Source of the DNA: Nitrospirota bacterium
GTDB taxonomy: Bacteria > Nitrospirota > UBA9217
Direction of reading: 5' to 3'
Assembly (NCBI GenBank): GCA_963754875.1
Contig: CAVWHO010000016.1
Coordinates: forward strand, 64,001 to 128,000
DNA length: 64,000 nucleotides
This document shows, in pieces, positions 8,733 through 18,766 of this stretch. How positions within the stretch are numbered: the stretch's first letter is position 1; each line of letters opens with the position of its first letter. The notes under the pieces are model-generated. The model saw only the letters and a program-made list of their open reading frames with translations, made no database searches and was not told the origin of the DNA. Made by a program: the position numbers and the translations under genes.

Positions 8733-10979
8733 TCACCCTGTCTTCTCCTGCAGCGGCCCGTAAGAATGATGGTCCCGGGGGATGACGAAGCTGAAGGTGC
8801 TGCCCACCCCCTCCTCGGAATCGCACCAGATCCGGCCCCCGTGCAGGCGGACGAGGGCCCGCACGAAGGCAAGACCCACCCCTTCGCCCGGCACGTCCAG
8901 TTGCCCCAGACGGCGGAAAATGTTGAAGAGTTTCGGCAGATCGTCCCGGCTGATACCGCGGCCGTTGTCCCGGACACGGTAGATCACCCCGGTCGGAGTC
9001 CGTTCACCGCTGATTTCTATTCTTCCGGGCCGACCGCTGTCCAGGTATTTTACCGCATTGTCCAAAAGATTTCCCATTATCTGGTTCAGTGCCGTTCTGT
9101 CCGCCGTCACGTCCGGAAGGGAATTGACGATCACTGCAGCGTTCTTCTCCCGGGTTTGACAAGCAAGGCCGCGTATCGAGGACGCCACCAGGTCTTTCAT
9201 GGAGATCGTCTCCGGTCTCAGTTCACGGTAGCCGATCTGTGACAGTTTTAGTAAAGCGTCGATGATACTCGCCATGCGTTCTACCGACGACCCGACAAAA
9301 CCTGCTGCCGCCTGGATGTCATCCTCAAAAAGGGCGGCAAGACGTTTCCGGGCATAACCGGGAAGGTATTCAGCATTTCGATCGACGATAGCCTGGATAT
9401 CCTGGAGTGAGCGGACAATCTCGTCGGTAAAGCCCTTGATGTTCACCAGCGGCTGGCGGAGGTCATGGGCCGCGCTGTAGATGAAGGACTTAAGCTCAGC
9501 GTTGCTGTCCTGCAGTTCCTCTGAATAGTTCTTAAGCTGCTCCTCAGCCTGCTTGCGCTCTGAGACACTTCGAAAACTCCACACCCTGCCTACGCTCTTG
9601 CCTTCCAAACGGTGTGGGATGGAGTAGCGTTCGAAAATCCGTCCGTCCTTGAATTGGACCTCATCGAAGTCTTCGGCATACGGATGATCATACAGCTCTC
9701 TGACCTTATTAACAAAAGACTCCGGATTCTTTAGCTGGCTGAGGACGTGCTGAAGAAGCCGATCATCATCCTTTTGCTCCATGAGATCTGGAGGAATACC
9801 CCAAAGCTCCGTGAACTTGTTGTTAAAGTCGACAACTTTTCCCTGGCTGTTGACGACAAGTATTCCGTCCGCAGTGGATTCCAGCGTGGCCCGCTTTAGG
9901 GAGAGAGATTCCCTAAGTCGCTCCTCAGCCTGCTTGCGTTCGGTGATATCATGGGCTATATAGACAGTTCCCACAAACGAGCGGTCCCGGTCATCCATTG
10001 CCGGTGATGCGGATACGCTGACGTCAAACCGCCTTCCGTTCCTACCGTACCAAGTCATCTCGTGGGAAACTGCGCGCTCTCCGGCATCGACGGTGGCTTT
10101 GAATTCGGCAAGAACGGGAAGAATCAAAACAAGATCGCTGTCGATAAGCTCCGTTTTTTGATAACCGAGCATCTCCTGGGCAGTACGGTTGATAACCCGG
10201 ATCCTGCCTTCAAGGTCTACGACGATCACGGCACCTTGCATGGTTTCAAGGACCTGTTTGGTTACCAACTCCGGCGTAATGTCTACCAGCCGGTAGCGGA
10301 GGATGATGTATGCCATGCTCACGACGAAGATAGAAACAGGGATATAACCGAAAGCATAGAGGGGAATACCCAGCGCCGGGAGAATGTCGATCGCACCCAG
10401 GTATCCGCTGCCGAAGGTCAGGATCATGGCTCTGAGTCTTTTCTTATGCAATTCCGTCGTACTTCGCCGGTATTCCTTCCAGAAGAGTCGAAGGCTGAAC
10501 ACCATCATGCAGACGAGATACGCCATGGCGAAAACGGCAAAGGGGCCGTACCGGGGATAGTATCCCCAGGAATAATGGTACAATCCCGATATATACTCAT
10601 CGCCCGTATAGACGCCGCAGGCGAACAGGAAAGAGAGCAGCAGGCCGGCCCGAAGCACGATGCGAAACTGTTGTCTCCTCTGGATGATCGCAAGCGTCAA
10701 GGCGATGATGCCGGCGGGGATGAAGACGACGCCCGCTTGCGCGGCCCTGATCCACCACAAGGCCTGGGTTTGATCGATACTCGCGTAGTCCGCACCATAG
10801 GCAAGAAGCCAGGTGCTGATGCACAGCGCAAGAAACAAAAACGTGAGGCCTAGATACGATCCGTGCTCCCGGATCATGACAAAAAGTCCAAGAGCCGCAA
10901 TCGAGCCCCCCACCAGCAAAAGGGGGACGGCATAGATCGTGAGCGTGTAGTTGTCCGGATTCAGGACCTGCAGTATCAT
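8733..10979 (-). CDS. Histidine kinase with an N-terminal 7TM region and 2 PAS domains
   Basis: About 7 hydrophobic helices, RYRLVDITP linker, AHDLRQPL, NLLDNAVKY and GVGL. Confidence 0.9.
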   Translation of the reverse strand: MILQVLNPDNYTLTIYAVPLLLVGGSIAALGLFVMIREHGSYLGLTFLFLALCISTWLLAYGADYASIDQTQALWWIRAAQAGVVFIPAGIIALTLAIIQRRQQFRIVLRAGLLLSFLFACGVYTGDEYISGLYHYSWGYYPRYGPFAVFAMAYLVCMMVFSLRLFWKEYRRSTTELHKKRLRAMILTFGSGYLGAIDILPALGIPLYAFGYIPVSIFVVSMAYIILRYRLVDITPELVTKQVLETMQGAVIVVDLEGRIRVINRTAQEMLGYQKTELIDSDLVLILPVLAEFKATVDAGERAVSHEMTWYGRNGRRFDVSVSASPAMDDRDRSFVGTVYIAHDITERKQAEERLRESLSLKRATLESTADGILVVNSQGKVVDFNNKFTELWGIPPDLMEQKDDDRLLQHVLSQLKNPESFVNKVRELYDHPYAEDFDEVQFKDGRIFERYSIPHRLEGKSVGRVWSFRSVSERKQAEEQLKNYSEELQDSNAELKSFIYSAAHDLRQPLVNIKGFTDEIVRSLQDIQAIVDRNAEYLPGYARKRLAALFEDDIQAAAGFVGSSVERMASIIDALLKLSQIGYRELRPETISMKDLVASSIRGLACQTREKNAAVIVNSLPDVTADRTALNQIMGNLLDNAVKYLDSGRPGRIEISGERTPTGVIYRVRDNGRGISRDDLPKLFNIFRRLGQLDVPGEGVGLAFVRALVRLHGGRIWCDSEEGVGSTFSFVIPRDHHSYGPLQEKTG

Positions 10980-11024
10980 GCCTTCCCCATCGCCTTCTTG
11001 CCCGGAAGAATTCTCATCAAGATA

Positions 11025-11468
11025 TCAGCACTTCTCCGGAACCTTGACGACCGCAAGAAACAGGCCGAGCCTCCGGATTGCCTCGCTAAACTTGTCGTAC
11101 TCCACCGGTTTCGTAACATATGCATTACACCCCAGTTCGTAGCATCGCGAGACCTCGTGCGGCGTATCGGTGGTTGTGAGCATCACGACCGGGATCTGTT
11201 TGGTACGATCGTCGTTCTTAATAATCGTGAGCACCTGAAAACCGTCCAGGACCGGGAGGTTCAAATCGAGCAGGATGAGGTGCGGTGCTGTGTGCTCGTC
11301 CCCGCTGTAGCTGCCCTGCTTGAAAAGAAAATCAACGGCCTTCCGCCCGTCGTCAAGCGTAATGATGTCATTAACGATCCCTGCTCTTCGAAGGTTCCTT
11401 TCGATGAGGAGAGCATGGCCTTTATCGTCCTCGACCAGAAGGAATGTTACGGGTTGATGTTTTTCCAT
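11025..11468 (-). CDS. Single-domain response regulator (Rcp1-like), paralogue of 4043-4498
   Basis: VEDD, LLDLNLP and YVTKPV motifs. Confidence 0.9.
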   Translation of the reverse strand: MEKHQPVTFLLVEDDKGHALLIERNLRRAGIVNDIITLDDGRKAVDFLFKQGSYSGDEHTAPHLILLDLNLPVLDGFQVLTIIKNDDRTKQIPVVMLTTTDTPHEVSRCYELGCNAYVTKPVEYDKFSEAIRRLGLFLAVVKVPEKC

Positions 11469-11495
11469 GTTTAGTTTTTTTCCTCTCCGTCCGAG

Positions 11496-11561
11496 TTACG
11501 CTTTGCGCGAGACGCGGTCCGGCACCGTCGATGTGAACGTCGTTCCATCCCCGGCAGTGGA
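11496..11561 (-). pseudogene. Remnant of a histidine kinase HATPase C-terminus
   Basis: The minus strand reads STAGDGTTFTSTVPDRVSRKA*, like the ESxPGxGTTFSFTI ends of the neighbouring kinases; the frame is closed upstream. Confidence 0.45.
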
Positions 11562-11967
11562 TGGATACTGGAGGAGACTTTCGCGCAAGGGGACGCATCA
11601 GGACCAACCGCAGCCTTCTCGGGCAGTGAGGCGGCTACTTCGGCACCGGGTCGAAAAGCCGGTGCGCCCCAGGACGAAAGCATGCAAACCAGGGAGCCCC
11701 TCCGGCAGGAGCCGGGGGATTGCACGTCGTGGGATTCAAAACCGCTGTTGTTTCAATGTCTCGGCCAGACAGTCCTTGATGGGTGAATAAGCACGCTGAC
11801 GGAAATCATGGAGACCACGCTGTACGGACGACAAGCGACGTCAACTGCATTTACGCGCACGGCCCATCATTACCGTTACGCTCAAAAACCCGGCAATGTA
11901 CATTTTTTATCGGCATTTCATGCAAAATCTTTATGGATTTTTTTGTAGTTCAGCGCAGGTAACGGTC

Positions 11968-13293
11968 TCACGGCGACCAGGCCGGCGACGTATAGTTTGC
12001 ATCATTTGGCGTTATTCGCTCGACGTCGGTGCCGTCCGCATTCATGATATAGAGGTTGAATTTTCCTTCGCGGTTCGAGCTGAAAATAATCTGCCTGCCC
12101 GAGGGCGACCAGGAGGGGTTTTCATCGCTGCCCGGGCCGTTCGTAAGGATGCGGAAATCCGAACCGTCGGGGTTCACCGTCGCGATCTTGAACAGGCCAT
12201 GGACCTGTGAGGCGAACACGATCCGGTCTCCCCGCGATGACCAGTTTGGAGATGCATTGTAGCTTCCTTCAAACGTGACCCTGCGGACATCGGTCCCATC
12301 GGTGCCCATGATATACACCTGAGGCGTGCCTGCCTTGCCGGACGTAAAGGCGATCTCCCTGCCGTTTGGCGCCCACGTAGGAGACACATTGTCCGACGCC
12401 CCGTAAGTGAGACGCTCCAGGTCGTTTCCGTTCCGGCTCATGGTGTAGATTTCCGTGCCGCTGTCCTTGGTCAAGGCCAGCGCAAGACGCTTCCCATCCG
12501 GCGACCACGCCGGGGATATGTTCAAGCCTTCGGTACCGGACATTTTCCACCGTTTGCCGGTTTCCATGTCAAGTCCATAGAGATCGGGGTTCTTGTCGCG
12601 GTAGGATACGTAGGCGAGCACCTTGCCGTCCGGACTCCAGGCCGGTGACAGACAGATGGAGCGGTCCGCCGTGATTCGCAACGGGCTCTGGCCGTCGTAG
12701 TCCATGACGTATAGTTCTTTGAATCGAGTCTTGTCCGACACATAGGCGATATGGGTCCGTGCAATGCCACGCTCGCCCGTGTACCGGGACACAATCTCGT
12801 CGGCGAAGCTATGGACCATGCGCCGAAAGGTTTCTTCATTGCCAAAATACTCCTTGTTCGTGATGCGCATTCCCGATGCGGCATCAAAGAGCTTTCCCTG
12901 CAGCACGAGGTCCTTGTTTTTTCTCTTGAGATTGACCCAGACCACGCCGCTCAAGCCGAAGGTGCCGCCGCGCTTGATCACGTCCACTGGCGGCTCGGTC
13001 TTGCCCGCGTAAACTACGTCCAACTTTTTCGGGTCCATGACGTCGAATATCTGGGAGCGCCTCAGATCGGCCTGCAGGACGTCGAGGGCCAGGGCGCGGA
13101 GCGCGGGCGAGCCTGCTTCATCGTTCACATCGAGCACTGCGATCGGGATCTTCTTGCTCTCTCCCTGAACGACTCCGAGGTAATACTGAGCAGACACGGG
13201 TGCGCCCGTGAGAACGCAGAGCAGTATGAGCACTATGAGACGTTTTATCATGAGTAATGAGTAGAGGTCATGGACCAATGGCGTACGCATCAA
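11968..13293 (-). CDS. tolB: Tol-Pal beta-propeller protein TolB
   Basis: KIPIAV N-domain and repeated SPAWSPDG (PD40) units. The likely start is the internal MIKRLIV signal peptide. Confidence 0.92.
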   Translation of the reverse strand: MMRTPLVHDLYSLLMIKRLIVLILLCVLTGAPVSAQYYLGVVQGESKKIPIAVLDVNDEAGSPALRALALDVLQADLRRSQIFDVMDPKKLDVVYAGKTEPPVDVIKRGGTFGLSGVVWVNLKRKNKDLVLQGKLFDAASGMRITNKEYFGNEETFRRMVHSFADEIVSRYTGERGIARTHIAYVSDKTRFKELYVMDYDGQSPLRITADRSICLSPAWSPDGKVLAYVSYRDKNPDLYGLDMETGKRWKMSGTEGLNISPAWSPDGKRLALALTKDSGTEIYTMSRNGNDLERLTYGASDNVSPTWAPNGREIAFTSGKAGTPQVYIMGTDGTDVRRVTFEGSYNASPNWSSRGDRIVFASQVHGLFKIATVNPDGSDFRILTNGPGSDENPSWSPSGRQIIFSSNREGKFNLYIMNADGTDVERITPNDANYTSPAWSP

Positions 13294-13338
13294 AAAAACA
13301 TGCCCGATATACGCTTGACCGTGTACCTTGATTGATCG

Positions 13339-14082
13339 TTATTCCGCCATCAGATCGACGCTGAACTCCAGTGACTGCTTTCCAAACTCTTCCGGCAACG
13401 GTGGAAAGGGGTTCGACGACTGTATTGCCCGTATCGCCGCCTGCATAAACATTGTAGCTCCGCTTGAGTGATCCCCGTCGATGTTCACATTCAATACCCA
13501 ACCTGATCGGTTAATTGCAAATATGACCCTGGCCTTGGCATCCTTAGCGTCCGGCGGAGGTCTCCAATTCTGTCCTATCTTATCGCGGACTTGAGTGAGA
13601 TACCAGGAATATTTAAATTCCTCCTGCGGTGTTGTTACTGCGACGTTTTCAGTCTTGGCCGTTGACTTCTGCAGCTGCCCCTCGGCCGCTTCTGAAGGTT
13701 TTATTTCTTCAGGTTTCTGTTTCTGTTTCTGTTTCTGTTTCTGTTTCTGTTGGGAGAACTCCGGCATAGCGGCTTTTTTTGCGGTTGTTCTGGCCGCCTT
13801 GGGCGCTGCCTTTTTTGCCTTTTTGGGTTCCGCCTTCCTTTCTTCCTTCGGCGGAGGAGGAAGCGGAGCAGTCTGCTGGACCGGCGTCGGCGGCGTGGTC
13901 TCCGCCGGCAATCCCACAAGCTTTACGTTATAGAGCGGAGGGACATACACTTTTGGGGACACTGCCATATAGAGGAAGAGCGCGGCGGCAATGATGGCGG
14001 CATGGATGAAAAAAGAAAAGAAGACCGCAAGCGCCAGTTCGTAGCCTGACTGCCCGATCCTCTTCCCGGAAAGCAGTTTCAT
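13339..14082 (-). CDS. tolA: TolA/TonB-family energy transducer
   Basis: One N-terminal TM helix with His, Pro/Lys-rich linker, C-terminal KIGQNWRPP...PFPPLP; lies between tolR and tolB. Confidence 0.8.
   Translation of the reverse strand: MKLLSGKRIGQSGYELALAVFFSFFIHAAIIAAALFLYMAVSPKVYVPPLYNVKLVGLPAETTPPTPVQQTAPLPPPPKEERKAEPKKAKKAAPKAARTTAKKAAMPEFSQQKQKQKQKQKQKPEEIKPSEAAEGQLQKSTAKTENVAVTTPQEEFKYSWYLTQVRDKIGQNWRPPPDAKDAKARVIFAINRSGWVLNVNIDGDHSSGATMFMQAAIRAIQSSNPFPPLPEEFGKQSLEFSVDLMAE
13714..13749. repeat. (TTTCTG)x6 in-frame microsatellite encoding (QK)6 in the TolA linker
   Basis: Six perfect hexamer copies read directly. Confidence 0.9.
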
Positions 14083-14498
14083 TTACCGGTCTCGCCCCCG
14101 GACGAGGCTTCGGTCACCATCCCGAGTCGGTCGATGCCCGCCCGTTTCACTACGTCCATCACCTGCACTACGGCGCCGTAGGGCGCGTCTTTGTCCGCCC
14201 GGAGATACACATTGATGAGCGGCTTGGTTTTACGAATAGCGTCAAGCACGTCTTTCAGTTTTGCAACGCTCACCCGTTCTTTTTCAACGAAGACCTCCTG
14301 GTCACGGGTGACCGTCAGCACGATGCGGTCCTCGGGCTTGACGGTGTTGGCCTCGGACTTGGGAAGGTTCACATCCAGCCCCCTGCTCATCATGGGGGAG
14401 ACGATCATATAGAAGAAAAGGATCGTCAGCAGCACGTCGATGAGCGGCACGAGGTTCAACTCGCGGATAATATGCCGTTCCCGCCGTTCGAAGCTCAT
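14079..14498 (-). CDS. tolR: TolR/ExbD
   Basis: LNLVPLIDVLL, VNLP and LRADKDAPYGAVVQVMD. Confidence 0.9.
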   Translation of the reverse strand: MSFERRERHIIRELNLVPLIDVLLTILFFYMIVSPMMSRGLDVNLPKSEANTVKPEDRIVLTVTRDQEVFVEKERVSVAKLKDVLDAIRKTKPLINVYLRADKDAPYGAVVQVMDVVKRAGIDRLGMVTEASSGGETGK

Positions 14499-15211
14499 GA
14501 CTTCCTCCGGAGGAGGTTCCGCTCGAGATAGCTCAGAAACTCCATGGAAAATGAATCACACCGGATCGCAATATCGCGGATTTTATCGGCGAAATAATTG
14601 TAGGCGATGATCGCGGGAATCGCCACGAACAGTCCCGAGACAGTGTTGATCAGCGCCGCCGCAAGACCCGGGGCCAGTGCCCCGATATCGCCTGCACCCT
14701 TGAGACCGATACCGTAAAAAGCGTCCATGATTCCCCAGACAGTTCCGAACAGTCCCAGGAGCGGCCCCACGGTCCCTGTAGTGCCCAGAAACGCAAGATA
14801 GCGCTCCATGTACACGATCTCGTCCTGCGTCGTGATCTTGAGCGAGCGCTCGATTTCCTGGGAGATGAGCGGCCGTTCGTCATCGGTCACCAAGCCATCG
14901 GGGAGGGTCTTGATGATGGACTCGGCTTCGCGGTACCCCTCGACAAAGAGCGTCGCCAGGGGGCTGAACTTCTTCGTTTCCGCGTACTTCAAAAGATCAT
15001 GAATATTTTTGGTCTTCCGGTAAGTCTGAAGGAAGGAATGGGATTCCTTCTCTGCTCTTCGCAGGAATTGATACTTGAGCAGGATCATGGCCCAGGACAC
15101 AACGGAAAAGCCCATCAGGATGAACACGATCCCCTTGCCGACCCATCCGGTCTCGCCGAAGAGACCGAGCACTCCCGTGCCCAAACCGGGCATTGCTGCT
15201 ATTGCGAGCAT
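14495..15211 (-). CDS. tolQ: TolQ/ExbB (MotA family)
   Basis: PLLGLFGTVWGIM, ALAPGLAAAL and AIPAIIAYN. Confidence 0.9.
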   Translation of the reverse strand: MLAIAAMPGLGTGVLGLFGETGWVGKGIVFILMGFSVVSWAMILLKYQFLRRAEKESHSFLQTYRKTKNIHDLLKYAETKKFSPLATLFVEGYREAESIIKTLPDGLVTDDERPLISQEIERSLKITTQDEIVYMERYLAFLGTTGTVGPLLGLFGTVWGIMDAFYGIGLKGAGDIGALAPGLAAALINTVSGLFVAIPAIIAYNYFADKIRDIAIRCDSFSMEFLSYLERNLLRRKS

Positions 15212-15237
15212 GTATAATACCTCCGTCAGTCAATTGT

Positions 15238-15307
15238 AAATTGAAGATTAGAAATTTTAAATTTCGAGGCCTTACAACTACGATCTAAAATTTCTAATCT
15301 TCAATTT
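15238..15307. repeat. Perfect 22-bp AT-rich inverted repeat with 7-nt periodicity
   Basis: AAATTGAAGATTAGAAATTTTA (15238-15259) pairs with TAAAATTTCTAATCTTCAATTT (15286-15307). Confidence 0.85.
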
Positions 15308-15318
15308 CCAATACCCCG

Positions 15319-17252
15319 TCAATAGACGCCGATCACTTTTCCCATCTCCGAAATATCATAGCCCCCCATGGCCACGATCTGGTCCCGGAATGCTTTGTCC
15401 TCACGAATGATGGCCAAGAGCGCCTGCATCATGGGCATGTCATAGAACTCCTGTCGTGATTGCCAGATCATACCGCTCCTGCGCCACAGGGATGAAATCC
15501 AGCTGGAGCGCCTGGGCTGCAGAGAGTACGGCAAGCCCCGTATCCGCTGCCCCGGAGAGCACGGCGGCAGCCACGGCCATGTGCGTAAATTCCTCGTGAT
15601 CATACCCTTTTACATTCTTTGGGTCAATCTTTAATCGTTTCAAGTACAGGTCCGTCAGAAGCCGCGTGCCTGCGCCGGCCTGGCGGTTCACAAAGACCAC
15701 GTCCTCGCGCACAAGGTCTTCGAATCCTTTGATGCCCTTCGGATTGCCTTGGGGAACAATGAAGCCCTGGGTCCGGTACACGAGGTTAATGAGCACGGTT
15801 TTTTGGTCCAGGAAGCATTTTTTTGATATAGCTTACGTTATATTCCCCCGTCTCCTCGTCAAGAAGATGGGTCCCGGCGAGATGGGCCTCCCGGCGCTTC
15901 AGCGCCAACAGCCCGCCCATGCTGCCCACATGGGCCGAGGAGAACGAAAACTCGGGATGTTTTTTCTTGAGGAAGTTCGCAAGCACGTCGAGCACATTGT
16001 CGTGAGAGCCGATACAGACGATCGTGTTCTCGATATCGTGGGAAGAACGAAGCAGTTCGACCGTTACCTCGTGGTTCGATGCAATACCCTCGCTCGAGGC
16101 CGGTACGCGGATGATGCCGTCAGCGCGTACGAGCGACATGAGTGCCCCGGCCCCCCGGGTCACTGGCGTGGCGATCAGGTTCCCTGCGACGCTGCCGAGC
16201 TTGACGCGGATGAATTCCTCCTGCCCCAGCGATGACGCCACCTGGCGGCTCAGCTTTGCCGTAATCGTTCCCGGGTTAGGAGGCATAGTGCCGAGGAGGG
16301 CGTAGATGAGCGGCTTGACGAAGAGATTGAACGTGAGCGCTGCCGAGACCGGATATCCGGGGATGCCGACGACCGGTTTCCCATTCACGATGCCCAGAAT
16401 GACCGGCTTCCCGGGTTTGATCGCGACACCGTGCACAACGACCTTGCCAAGGTCGGCGATCACATCGGAGGTAAAATCCTCTCTCCCGGCTGACGAGCCG
16501 GCGTTGATCACCACGATATCCGAGTCAGCGAGTGCAGCAAGAATCGTCTTGCGCAGGAGAGCGGCATCGTCCTTGACGATGTTCTTGCGAATCGCATGGG
16601 CGCCACACTCGCTCGCCATCGCGGACAGCATGGTTGAATTGAAATCGATGATATCGCCCTTTTTGGGTAGGCTCCCCGGATCGACCAGCTCCGTTCCCGT
16701 AGGGATGATCGAGACAACGGGCCGCGGTCGCAACATGACTGAGGTATGCCCGCTCGCGATCATGGCGGCCATGTCCACAGGACGGACCACGTGGTTCTCG
16801 GAGATGATGAGCTCCGTTGCAACGATGTCCTCGCCCACGAGCCGCACATGCTGCCACGGAGTGGACGGCTTCAAAATTTCGATCTCGGAGTCGGAAACTT
16901 TTTCCACGTCCTCGATCATGATCACGGCGTTAAACTCATCGGGCAGGGGATCGCCGGTGTCGATGGCAACGGCCTGGGTCGGTACTGTGAGGCGTTTGGG
17001 TCTTGTTTCTGCGGCGCCGAAGGTGTCGATGAACCGGACGGCGTAACCGTCCATAGCAGCGGAATGGTAAAAGGGCGACGAGATTTTCGCGATCACGGCC
17101 TCGGACGTGACCCGGCCGAGCGCATCGCCTACTTGTATGCGTTCTCCTCCAAGCGATCCGCCAAGAACGGCGGTTTTGAGCGCTTCTTGATATTTCCGGA
17201 TTGCATCGGCAAGCGGCTCGTTATCGAGATATTTTTTTTGCTTGAATGCCAT
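15319..17252 (-). CDS. moeA: MoeA fused to a C-terminal periplasmic-binding-fold (PBP) domain; reading frame broken twice (about 15808 and 15458)
   Basis: SAAMDGYAV, PTGTEL, GSSAGREDF, IKPGKP, IGSHD, VNRQAGAGTR and ERYDL. Removing one base at each site restores LPDQKTVLINL and YDLAIRQEFY. Confidence 0.85.
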
Positions 17253-17381
17253 ATTGAGTGACCTGTCTGTTTCGCGGGGGTTATCCCGCCATCCCACGGT
17301 GCGTGATCAGCACAACCTCCGACTGGCGAGGCGAGGTTTTTTTGTTTCGACCTGTCACGGTGCCTCTGTGGCGAACATCCT

Positions 17382-18662
17382 TTAAAACAATCTCACTTCC
17401 ACTTCTTCACCTGCTTCGATCCCGATTTTTTTTATTGGCACAACTACCGTGCCCACCGCCTTGACCAGCGTGCTGATAAGCCCTGAAGCGCCGAAGATGG
17501 GCCGGGCCCAGAGCCCGTCGTCCCGTTTTTCGAGCGCTACGCGAACATGGTCCTCGCGGCCGGGGCTGGAGGCGATACTTCGCGCGAGACGCGCCCTGAC
17601 CGTGCGATAGGGCGTTACATTTTCGAGTGCAGGATCAAGGATCTCGCCGGCCAGACGGGTGAGTACCGGCTTAACAAAAAGCTCGAAGCAGATGCTGACT
17701 GCTGCCGGGTGGCCGGGCAATCCGAAGATCGGGACAAGGCCGTGGGACGACCCGACGAGGCCGACGACAAGGGGCTTGCCCGGTTTGATCGAAACACCGT
17801 GCACAAGTACGCCGGGCTGACCTGCACCGTTGATCACTTTTGCAGTGAGATCAGCCGTGCCGACCGAACTTCCGCCGGTCATCAGGACAAGAGCGCTGTC
17901 CTTGACCGCTCCATCGAGCGTTTGCCGCAGGCTTTCGTACTCGTCACGGATGATGCCCTTCTTCACCGGTTCGCCGTAACATTGCCTTATCAGACCTTCT
18001 AAATTATAAGAATTGCTGTCTCGTATCTGGCCCGGTCCTAGGGCCGCGTCTGCAGGTACGATCTCATTCCCCGTCGAGATAATGGCCACTTTCGGTTTTT
18101 TGAAAACACTGATGCTCATGATGCCCACGCTTGCGAGCGCCGACATGTCCTGAGGGCGCATGCGGTGGCCGCGGCCGAGGATGGTCTCGTCTTGTTTGAT
18201 GTCGTCTCCGGCCTGGACGATATTTTCCAGCGGTGCAACGGACTTCACGACTTCGATATTACCGGCATCGACGGACTGGGTCTGCTCGAACATGACGACT
18301 GCATCGCCGCCCTTCGGCAGTGCGCCGCCGGTGGCGATCTTCATGGCTTCGCCTTTGGCAAGGGTACGATCCGGCATAGTCCCCATAAGGATATCGCCCA
18401 CGACATGAAGAAAAGCCGGCCGCGATTCTGCGGCTCCGAACGTGTCTGCGCTGCTAACCGCATATCCGTCCATGGTAGACCGGTCAAACTCGGGAAGGTT
18501 CGAAGGGGAGATAATGTCATTCGCGAGGACACGTCCCAAAGCGGAGCTGATCGAAATCTCTTCCGTGGAAAGGCCAGGGAGGACAAAGTGCTCGTTCAGG
18601 ATCTTGAGTGCATCCTCACGGGTAATAACACCGCTCCTGCCAAGCATGTCTTTAACGGTCAT
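17382..18662 (-). CDS. moeA: Molybdopterin molybdenum/tungsten transferase MoeA
   Basis: STMDGYAV, IATGGALP, STGNE, TGGSSVG, IKPGKP and GLPGHP. Confidence 0.93.
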   Translation of the reverse strand: MTVKDMLGRSGVITREDALKILNEHFVLPGLSTEEISISSALGRVLANDIISPSNLPEFDRSTMDGYAVSSADTFGAAESRPAFLHVVGDILMGTMPDRTLAKGEAMKIATGGALPKGGDAVVMFEQTQSVDAGNIEVVKSVAPLENIVQAGDDIKQDETILGRGHRMRPQDMSALASVGIMSISVFKKPKVAIISTGNEIVPADAALGPGQIRDSNSYNLEGLIRQCYGEPVKKGIIRDEYESLRQTLDGAVKDSALVLMTGGSSVGTADLTAKVINGAGQPGVLVHGVSIKPGKPLVVGLVGSSHGLVPIFGLPGHPAAVSICFELFVKPVLTRLAGEILDPALENVTPYRTVRARLARSIASSPGREDHVRVALEKRDDGLWARPIFGASGLISTLVKAVGTVVVPIKKIGIEAGEEVEVRLF

Positions 18663-18766
18663 GAATTACCCCAAGATGAAACAAATGAACCGTGAAGGTG
18701 TACGGTACCTGATGTTTTTTTATGATCGGAGCGTCCTTGCGGTTCGGTATTTATTTTATTGAGGAC

